From Eledone cirrhosa (taxonomy: Eukaryota): a stretch of 64,000 nt of DNA. Location: contig OZ024743.1 in the NCBI GenBank assembly GCA_964016885.1, positions 281,790,001 through 281,854,000 on the forward strand, read 5' to 3'. The position numbers and the translations under genes are program-made. Shown here in pieces: positions 54,022-64,000 of this stretch. The stretch's first letter is position 1. The number at the start of each line of letters is the position of its first letter. The notes beneath the pieces are model-generated. The model was not told the DNA's origin and ran no database searches. It saw nothing but the letters and a program-made list of their open reading frames with translations.

Positions 54022-54230
54022 GGGTGGTGAATTGGCAGTATTAGTAGAGGGTTGGACGCCATGTTTTCTAGCATAGTTACGTCCCTTTACAGTCTGAGTT
54101 CAAATCCCGTCGAGGTTAACTTTGCCTTTCATCCTTACGGGGTCGATAAAATAAAGTACCAGTAATGTACTGGGTAATTGCTGGTCTTGTGCCTAAAGTA
54201 GAAACAATTATTATTCTTATTATTATTATT
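54021..54230 (+). mobile_element. ATT-SINE in the tail of Tx1-B
   Basis: Full SINE followed by (att)n. Confidence 0.92.
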
Positions 54231-55201
54231 CGGCTCTACCGATCGGTCCGTCAAGGGTTCCCTCTCTCCTCCCTTCTGTACGTATTGACTCTCGAGCCTT
54301 TAATGCAGAAGCTGGAGCTGTTGCAGGGCATCCCGCTCGAACCGGGACATGGAAAGGCGGTGTCGGTTTATGCGGACGACATCACCGTGATGGTGTCGGA
54401 CACCTCAGAAATCGAGGTGGTCGGCACCTTATTGAAGGAATATGAAAGGATGACAGGAGCCAAACTTAACCTGGAAAAGTCGGTGGGCTTGCAGCTCGGA
54501 ATCTGGAGAGGCAAGCCTATGCCGTCCAACAGTGTCATGGGGTGCTGGACAGACGGGGTTGCTCGGGGTTTGGTTTGGACCAGCCCTCCCGGTGGAAAAA
54601 AATTGGGACGAAGTAATGAGCAGAGTAGCCAGTCTCACCCAAAAATGGGCTGGGAGGAAGCTTTCACTGAAAGGTCGCGCGGGGGTGGAGAATGCGTACA
54701 TCGCGTCCGTCATCTACTGTCGTCTGACCGTCATGCCTTTCCCCCGTCCGTGCCTTGTCAAGTTGGAATGGCTCCTCTTCAAATTCTTGTGGAAAGGACA
54801 AGTTCCGTTGGTGAGGCGGTCCATCTGCTGCCAGCACCCTCTACGCAGAGGGCTGGGCGTGCCATGGCTAATGATGTGCAGACATGCACTGAGGCTACGA
54901 CATCTCCAGATATTCTGCCTAAACGGTGAATAGGTGTGGTCACCGTTTATCAGACGGGCCTTTCCATAGCTTGTTTCTTTGACTGAGCTGCAGTCCTGGG
55001 TGACTGGCACCGAGACTGGGTGACTGGCACCTGGAATGTTGCCAGGCACTCACTGCCCTCTACCAAGCAGGCAATGCAATCAGTGGAACTTCCACTCTGG
55101 AGTTCTATAGAGGATTAGTGGTGGGCAAGTGCGATGACGCACTCGGAGAAGCTTTGGGCCTCAACGAAGTCGAACTGACCAGTCTGTACCGGAGGACTTT
55201 C
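54231..55201 (+). pseudogene. Truncated, more divergent Tx1-clade ORF2 fragment (copy C)
   Basis: RQGFPLSSLLY, YADDI and LSLKGRA motifs; begins right after (att)n. Confidence 0.9.
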
Positions 55202-55401
55202 AAGGCAGTGAATTGGCAGTATCGGTAGAGGGTTGGACGCCATGCTTTCTAGCATAGTTACGTCCCTTTACATTCTGAGTTCAAATCCCGCCGAGGTTAA
55301 CTTTGCCTTTCATCCTTACGGGGTCGATAAAATAAAGTACCAGTAATGTACTGGGTAATTGCTGGCCTTGTGCCTAAAGTAGAAACAATTATTATTATTA
55401 T
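55202..55401 (+). mobile_element. ATT-SINE closing the array
   Basis: Full SINE with (att)n tail. Confidence 0.9.
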
Positions 55402-55782
55402 TGTTGATGTTGTTGTTGTTGTTGTTGTTGAAACCATTATTATTATTATTATCATCATCAAAATAACATTTATCAAATATTTAGAAACAATCTTGGTTTT
55501 TTTTATCACTTATTTTGTTTCTTTATTCTTTTTATTTTGATTTGTTCTTGTAGTAGTTGTTATTGTTTTTCTTTTAATGTTGTTATGACATTTCTTAATT
55601 AATAAATGAATAACAGCTTAATTTAGCTATTATGTTTATTATCATATATTTGTTATTCATTTAGTCATTTATTTTATTTTATTGTTTGTTTTTTCAGTTT
55701 TTTTTTCATTAATAATTTGTTTTCTAATATTTCTACTTCTCTCAGAAAAAAAAATTATCAAAACATATAAGAGATATTTTAT

Positions 55783-55832
<50 letters not shown>

Positions 55833-56225
55833 CCGTTTTACGTCCGTTCTTCCACGCTAGCATGAGTTAGACGGGTTGTCCTGTTGTGGGCAGTGTCCGG
55901 TCGGCTGACCTTGTCTTGCTCATACGGGAACTGATTCTGACTTGATTTCTACAGCTGGATGCTCTTCCTAACACCAACCTCATTTACAGTGAGTGCTGGG
56001 TGCTTTTTTTGCGTGGCGCCTATACATCCACTTTACAGTGTGTGCTGGGTGCTTTTTTGCCGTGGCACATCCACGACCACTTTGCAGTGGAAGGGTGTGG
56101 AGGCATATTGTCTATATGCTTCAGCTTCGGCTTGTACCCGTGGGGGGTTGGGTCTTCTGTATTACTGCGTGACGCCAGTAAGGTCGGCTTTTATCACCTG
56201 ATTCCAGGTCTTCTTGGGTCTCCCA
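55783..56225 (-). mobile_element. 5'-truncated RTE (C-terminus plus 3'UTR), same family as 57743-59858
   Basis: Reverse complement matches about 59415-59858. Confidence 0.88.
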
Positions 56226-56899
56226 GTGCATTTTTCGTGCCACCAGCACTAAAGACATTGTCTGTCCACCCTGTATCAGTTCTCTTCATCCTGCATCAGT
56301 TTTTATTCTGAGTACTTGTTCTCTTTGACAGTTTGCTTTTGCTATGGTCTATGGAGCTTATGTCTACACCAAACAGTCTTAATTATTTGCAGTAACTGCC
56401 CTCCTAGTTCGGCTGCCATTGCTATGACTTATGGAACCCACATTTACCCAGTGCAGCCATATATATTTGGAGTTACTGCTCTCCTATACACAATGCCTTT
56501 GCTATGGCTTGCACAGCCCATGTCTACCCCATGCAGTTTTGTTTAGTTAATGTGACTGCTTCCATGATGGGTTGCCTTCCTTGTGGCTTATAGAGCATAT
56601 ATTTACTCTACACAGCTTGATTTATTTGGAGTTACTGCTTTCCTAGTTGGGCTACCTTTTTTAGGGTTACATGGAACCCACGTCTACCCCAATGATACAC
56701 ATGTTTGCATATACATGCTAATATATATTTATGATATACACATATACTAATTATACAGTTGTAAAGTAATTTATTTCATTTTAACATGTGGGGTATTCCA
56801 TAATACTGTTATGATTATAGTTAAGTTTAATGTTTTGTGAGTATGAATATGTATGTATATTTCTATATATGTATGTGTTTGTGTGTATATATCAGTCTA

Positions 56900-57133
56900 A
56901 AGTCAGTTTCGAGCCTAGAGGCTCATCATGCCAGTGCTTATTCTGGTTTCTGTGGTGTGAAGCAACTGAGAGTACAAGACACCCCTCTGAACAGGATACC
57001 TGTCCAACACTGGGTCAAACGTCCAGCTATTGTAGGTACTCATTCTCAGCTGATTATACTGGAGCAACATGAAATTAACTGTTTTTTTTTTTCAAGAACA
57101 CAACACACAACCCAGTCCAGAAATAGAACCCAC
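56900..57133 (-). mobile_element. Old tRNA-SINE fragment, truncated at the RTE fold-back
   Basis: Reverse strand reads gttgtgttcttgaa...atgttgctccagtataatcagctgagaatgagtacc. Confidence 0.6.
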
Positions 57134-57741
57134 GGGGCTAAGAACAGAGCCCTGGTGGACCCCAACCTGTACGCTAAATTCCTCGCTATACTCATTGCTA
57201 ATCCTAACTTTGCTGACTGCTCCCCTATACATGGCTTGTACCGCTTTCACAAGCCATTCATCTACTCCTAGTTTTCTAAGAGCCCACCAGATTACAGCAC
57301 ATGGAACTCTGTCAAAGGCTTTCTCAAGGTCGACAAATGCCAGGTAGAATGGCTTACTTTTAGCTAGGTACTTTTCCTGTAACTGCCTGACAAGGAAGAG
57401 GGCATCAGTGGTGCCTCTTCCTGGTACAAACCCAAATTGCATCTCGTCTAGTTTCACCCGGTCCCTAATCAACTGTGCTATAACTCTTTCTGTTACTTTC
57501 ATGACCTGGTCCATCAGCTTTATACCTCTATAGTTTCCTCTATCTAGTGCATCACCTTTACCTTTGTAGCAGTTGACAATGATGCTACTGCACCAATCTT
57601 TTGGTATGACACCTTCTAGTATTACCTGGTTAACAACACGTGTGGTTATAGTGTGACCTACAGACCCAGATGCCTTCAGCATCTCGGCAGCTATACCCGA
57701 TGGACCGGTTGCCTTCCTCATCTTCATATCTTTGATTGCCT
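57134..57741 (-). mobile_element. Inverted duplicate of RTE RT segment 57916-58523
   Basis: Reverse complement is near-identical; ORF 57092-57775 mirrors ORF 57930-58280. Confidence 0.93.
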
Positions 57742-57742
57742 G

Positions 57743-59858
57743 AATCTGGAATGATAAAGGTGAGCTTGCCCTCACACGTGCTGAGAAGAAAGATGCATGG
57801 AAGAGTCATTATGATAGATTACTAAATGAGGAGAATGCATGGGAAGAAGAGACCCTACCCCAAGTAGACCCTATAGAAGGGCCAGCAGTACAAGTCAGCA
57901 GCAGCGTAGTAAGTAAGGCAATCAAAGATATGAAGATGGGGAAGGCAACCGGTCCATCGGGTATAGCTGCCGAGATGCTGAAGGCATCTGGGTCTGTAGG
58001 TCACACCATAACCACACGTATTGTTAACCAGGTAATACTAGAAGGTGTCATACCAAAAGATTGGTGCAGTAGCATCATTGTCAACTGCTACAAAGGTAAA
58101 GGTGATGCACTAGATAGAGGAAACTATAGAGGTATAAAGCTGATGGACCAGGTCATGAAAGTAACAGAAAGAGTTATAGCACAGTTGATTAGGGACCGGC
58201 TGAAACTAGACGAGATGCAATTTGGGTTTGTACCAGGAAGAGGCACCACTGATGCCCTCTTCCTTGTCAGGCAGTTATAGGAAAAGTACCTAGCTAAAAG
58301 TAAGCCACTCTACCTGGCATTAGTCGACCTTGAGAAAGCCTTTGACAGAGTTCTACGTGCTGTAATCTGGTGGGCTCTTAGAAAACTAGGAGTAGATGAA
58401 TGGCTTGTGAAAGCGGTACAAGCCATGTATAGAGGAGCAGTCAGCAAAGTTATGATTAGCAATGAGTATAGCGAGGAATTTAGCGTACAGGTTGGGGTCC
58501 ACCAGGGCTCTGTTCTTAGTCCCCTCCTGTTCATCATAGTCCTGCAGGCAATAACGGAGGAGTTTAAGACCAGATGCCTATGGGAACTCCTGTATGCTGA
58601 TGACCTCGCACTTATAGCTGAATCTATGGTAGAACTAGAGAAGAAATTCCAAACTTGGAAGCAGGGACTAGAAAGAAAGGGTCTCAAAGTCAACATGACA
58701 AAGACTAAGGTCCTTGTAAGTAGACGAGAAAACAGAACCCAGATCCCCTCAGGGAAATGGCCTTGCTCAGTATGTAGGAAAGGTGTAGGTAGGAACTCCA
58801 TTCTCTGCCCCAAATGCAAACAATGTGTACACAAGAGATGTAGCGGGATCTCAGGAAGCTTAATTAAGAACGTAGGCTTCACATGCAGCAGCTGTGCTGG
58901 GACAGCAAGCAGCAAACAGCCACAGGAAACAAGTACCACCAATCTCTGGAAGGGCTCTGTAGAAACAGTAGACAGCTTCTGCTACCTAGGTGACCGAATT
59001 AGCAGTGGAGGTGGGTGTTCAGAAAGTACAATAACTAGGGTAAGAACGGGATGGAAGAAGTTCAGGGAACTACTACCACTGCTAGCTGCAAAAGGCTTCT
59101 CCCTCAAAATGAAAGGTAGACTGTATGATGCGTGTATCCGAACAGCAATGTTGCATGGTAGTGGGACCTGGGCGCTGAAGGTGGAAGACTTACGTAGATT
59201 TGAGAGAAACGAAGCCTGCATGCTCCGATGGATGTGTAATAGTAATATACGCGAACGACAAAGCATAAATGAATTGAGAGAGAGACTGAGCATAAGAGGA
59301 ATAAAATGCTGTGTGCAGGAGAGGCGGTTGCGTTGGTATGGACATGTGATGCGTATGAAGGATGACAGCTGCATAAAAAGGTGCAGAGCACGAGAAGTCG
59401 ATGGAAACCGCGGAGTGGGGAGACCCAAGATGACCTGGAATGAGGTGATAAAAGCCGACCTTACCCAATTACACCTCTCAAAGGCGATGACACACAACCG
59501 TGACCTCTGGCGTCACGCAGTAATACAGAGTACCCGACCTCCCATGGGTACAAGCTGAAGCATATAGGCAATATGCCCCCACACCCCCCACTGCAAGGTG
59601 GTCGTGGAGGTGCCACGGCAAAAAAGCACCCAGCCCACACTGTAAAGTGGACATGTAGGCGCCACGAAAAAGCACCCAGCACTCACTGTAAATGAGGTTG
59701 GTGTTAGGAAGGGCATCCAGCTGTAGAAATCAAGCCAAATCAGTTCCTGTATGAGCAAGGTATGGTCAGCCGACCAGACACTGCCCACAACAGGACAACC
59801 CGTCTAACCCATGCTAGCATGGAAGAATGGACGTAAAACGGTGATGATGATGATGATG
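57743..59858 (+). mobile_element. 5'-truncated RTE LINE (RT, PHD-like finger, 3'UTR repeats, (GAT)n)
   Basis: NYRGIKL, QFGFVPG, QGSVLSP, YADD and RRLRWYGH motifs. Confidence 0.95.
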
Positions 59859-62049
59859 TTATGATTGTAACACTGTGTGTATATATGTATGTGTCTAAAT
59901 GTATGTGTCTAAATGTATGTGTAAATGGGAGTTTACCAGAATGATAATGGAATGCAATATTTAGAAGCCTTGAGTATACTATGTAACTATGATCAGTGGT
60001 ATTTTTTTATCTGTATATGTGCATGGGTTTACATGAATGTGTATTTATGTGTGTTCAGGTGGGTATGTGTTTAAATAGGCCATGGAGATGATGTTTTAAA
60101 GAGTCTAGGTTGAATAAAATTCTGGGTATGTTTTTGTAATTAATTTCTCATTAAGTAATTTGAGAGATTTCATATCATTTTACTCCTTCCTATAATATTC
60201 AGAAAACAAAATCAAACACCCCAGCATGAGTATCTATTTTCCTCATGTTTCTTGTAATCATCATCATCATCATCACTACACTCGTCACCACCACTGCCGC
60301 TGCCACCGTCAACATCACCACCACCACCACCACCACCACCTTGAAACATAAGTACTTAGGTCAATATATTCAACTAAAAATGGTGGTGCTCCAGTATGGA
60401 CGCTATCAAATGATTGAAGCCAGAAAAAGTATACTAAAATAAATGAATAACTAAATTAAATACCATATGTACTAGTTGTGTACAATACGTATTCAGTTTA
60501 AAATGGGAATGCCATATATCTGCATGTTGTATGAGATGACTAAAAGGGTTGATGCCAGGAAGGACATTCAGTTGTAAAACATTGCTTCAATAAGGACCCT
60601 TTGTCAAGTGGGAAGTCTTTCTTGGGACCCACAAGGTTTATCCCAGCTTTAGCAGGGGAAAGTATCTTAAAATGTTTACTGCTGCTGCATATACTTGTGT
60701 ATAAGTCACACTTTTACCCACAAAAATACAATGGGAAAAGCTGCATGTGGAAGAAGAGAAGAAAGATATTCTCAAACTAGAGATCTGGTCCAAATGCTTG
60801 AAACACTAAGGTGCTCAAGGTGCATGTGAGGATGTTAAAATAAGTACCAGATCAACCCTTTCATTTCCATATTTCTAATGAAATACATTGTATGTCAATT
60901 AATTAATGAAGATTTGGTGGGGGGGGGGGGGGCAGTTAATAAAATTATTAATTATTTCATTAATAAGATAGTATTATAGTATTTGTAACAAAAGGTTCTT
61001 ATATGAAATTGTTAGACAATTTTAATTTAAATAGGAAACCTTTAAAATGGGTGGTTTTGTTTCATAAACCACAGGTGGTTTCAGGCAGTTTGGTATCAAA
61101 GGATTTAAACTTTTAATGATGGTTGTATGAGTTTTGGGATTGTAGTTGCCTTGTTGATTCATTCATTTGTAGTAGTAGTAGTAGTATTGATGAAATATGA
61201 AGTTGATGAGTGAGTAACTTGTTGGTCGAATAATGGTAAGTGAAGTAAATGAATTTGGTCTCAGTGAGTCAAGAGAAAGCTTGCCATTTTCAAAGAAACA
61301 AGAAGTACTCGTTTGTTGTGGTATGAAGTGATATTACAATAAGGAAGATGATTTTCCCAAATCACATGGATAAGCATAAACAAATGAACAAGACACCATT
61401 AATTTAAATGTTTTTATTTGTAACAATATTTACTTGGAAATCATGTGCAGCAATGAACAATGGAAAAGGAATACATGTATAGTTGTAGTGTTCCATGTAG
61501 TAATTATTTATATGTGGCAATGTGTGTAAATGTAGTACTATTTAACTTTACCTATGTTGGAAATGTTTTCAGCTATTGTAGACCCCAGCAAGGCTGGCTA
61601 GCAAAAGTGTGTACTGTATATGTCGTAACATTGCAAGCTGGATGAACCAAGCGATCTATCTGTTGCCGAGTCGGGAAGCAGACTGACTTTTTGCAGAGTT
61701 GAAAAGCAGATTGATTTTTCCAAAGGAAAATATATCTATTGTTCTCCTGGCATACAACTTATGCCGTCAGCTTTTCCACCAGAGAATGTTATCTAAGTTA
61801 CAGGGCTCTGAGTTTGTATCTCAGTATTAAGATGGCTGTGTGTGGCAGACTAAGAAATACCATTGTGGGAAAATATGTTGAGATTTTGCTACAAACCTAC
61901 CCACTAAGTAAGCCACAGCGAGATGTTTACTGAAAACACAAAGAGCCTTGGTAAATAACACAAGGCACTTTGCTTGAAACTCCAACAATTCTGTCAACCC
62001 ACCACCTTGGATTGGTACTTTATTTTTATCAATCCTTACTTGCCAAGCT

Positions 62050-64000
62050 GTTAAGTTATAGGAGGCTGCACAACATAAACAAAACCCAGGCTAATTAGAC
62101 TGTCTTTTTCGAACTCAACTGAGGTACGTTCATATCTTTTAGCTTCTGATAAAGCTAGGTGTGAAAATTGGATTGCCTTCTGAACACGTCCTGGTTTTCC
62201 ATCTGATGTACACCCAAAGCTACATGCTGCAGCTTCTTTAAACCGCAACTCAGCACAACATAAAAGCTTCAGCCTACGTGATGATGGGCAGATTTCGAAT
62301 TTATTAAGGCTGGTGAAACATGGAAAAGAGATACCAGCTGGTCTGAAAACACTGTACCCACAACAACTGGCAATAAAAAACTGAAAAAACTCTGAGAAAC
62401 TAAATAAGAACAACCGGCCATTCCCTGCACATCATCATAGACTGAAATCAAGGTACAAATTGTTGTCCTTAAATGCACATAGGCTATGCAATAAGATATA
62501 TCTTTTTGATTCCTACATCAAAAGTATCAACCCTGATTTCATTACAGTCATGGAAACATGGGCACATTCCTTACTCTGTGATGGGGTTTTCAGCATAACT
62601 GGCTACAACTTGTTTCGTAAAGACCACATTAATCGTGGTGGTGTAATGGTCTACATTCGTTCAAACTTTTCAGCAATTCCTTGTGTTGATTTGAACCAAT
62701 CGCAGCAAGAAGTATTTTTCTGCGATGTACGTATGACCATGTCAACACTGCTACTTGGAGTTGTTTACCGTCCCCCAAATTACCATCATTACACTCAACT
62801 TTATGATATTCTCAGAGCTGCTGCCAGGAAAAGAGCCACTTATGTTTTTATTGCAGGGGACTTCAATCACCCTGAGATTGACTGGGAAACCTTTTGTTGG
62901 CTGCAAAGTGCAAATGATTTCCTTGAGCTAGTGCTGAAAGTAGTCACCTCCCCAACAAGAGGTAACAACATTTTGGATCTACTCTTCACCACTACTCCTG
63001 AAATGGTCATTAGTGTTACTACTGAGAAACCTTTACGTGACTCTGATCACAACCATCTCCAAACTGCTCACTTTGACTGGAATAAAGCCGACTGGAACTG
63101 TTACTGCACCAAGCTGCAACGTCCAAACTGGCTTGAATTTTATGACTCTGGAGATGTCAACACTGTACTCCAGAACATCCTGAACTCAATATCGACAGCA
63201 TGTGCAGCAACGGTGCCACGTAAGCAGAAAAAACATCCCAAAAGTGAAATTTGGGAGACTGCAGCAGTTCGTCTTACCAGGAAAGAACATTGTAATGCTG
63301 AAAGTGAGTACAAATTGCATAAATCAGATATCTATAGGAAAAAAAGCGAAATAAATCATCCAACCATCTCAAGCAGGTGACAAAAATAGCAGTGCTTGAC
63401 AGTAAGGTGTTCTGGAAATATGTACACTCAAAGCAGAGGCCTCACTTTCCAGTTAGTCCTCTTTGCAATCCCCACACAAGCCAGATTACTGACGACCCCA
63501 AAGAATGCGCAGAACTCATTGCTGAATGCTATGCAGGCATTTTCACTGTTGAAAACCAAAATGTACTATCTCCACCACCTCTAAGATCAAATTCTATTAC
63601 AACTATGGAATTTACACCTGCAATGCTGCGACATCACCTTAAAAATAAACGCAACCATGCCTCTCCTGGTCTTGATGGTGTTACTCACCTGCTTCTTAAA
63701 TGTGGTGGGTACTTCCTTCTGCACCAGCTATCACTCTTCTTTCAATTCTGTCTGAACGGTGCTACTCCGGAGCAGTGGAAAACTGCCAGTGTCATTCCTC
63801 TGTTCAAAAAGGGTAACCGCACATCACCTGTGAAATATGTCCAGTCAGTCTTACTAGCTGCATTGCCAAACTGATGGAATCCTGTGTCAGAGAAATACTT
63901 TGGAACTTCTGTAACTCTCACAGTCTTATCTGGCCCTCACAATTTGGATTTATCCCTAACTCCAGCTGCTGTCATCAACTTATAGAGTTTCTTGAAGACA
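62050..64000 (+). mobile_element. CR1/L2-type LINE: ORF1 remnant, APE endonuclease and start of RT, running off the window
   Basis: METW, VVYRPP, AGDFNHPEIDW, PTRGNNILDL, SDH, SPGLDG and WKTASVIPLFKKG motifs. Confidence 0.88.

Overview
AT-rich, microsatellite-rich eukaryotic DNA. The SINE/LINE types and composition suggest an octopod cephalopod, which is inference only. No intact host protein-coding gene, rRNA gene or CRISPR array is supportable. The window is dominated by nested non-LTR retrotransposons: (i) a head-to-tail array at 41.7-55.4 kb of L1/Tx1-clade LINEs and tRNA-like SINEs separated by (ATT)n; (ii) several RTE-clade LINEs with (GAT)n tails and a PHD-type finger inside the RT region, plus derived bipartite non-autonomous elements; (iii) four R4/Dong-like restriction-like-endonuclease LINEs, three of them flanked by (CATA)n; (iv) a CR1/L2-type LINE at the right end; (v) Helitron-like and MITE remnants. 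The most interesting signals are these. An ATT-targeting Tx1 LINE/SINE pair shares a 3' terminus. Two Tx1 copies have swapped 5'UTR/ORF1 modules on a near-identical ORF2, joined by a conserved linker that reads as an in-frame GT-AG intron. One SINE has a 105-bp target duplication. Two SINE subtypes sit at the same base in two Helitron copies. An RTE carries a ~608-bp fold-back. A CpG-retaining, promoter-like zone (about 8-11.4 kb) and a few candidate minus-strand exons (34-37 kb) may belong to host transcripts.
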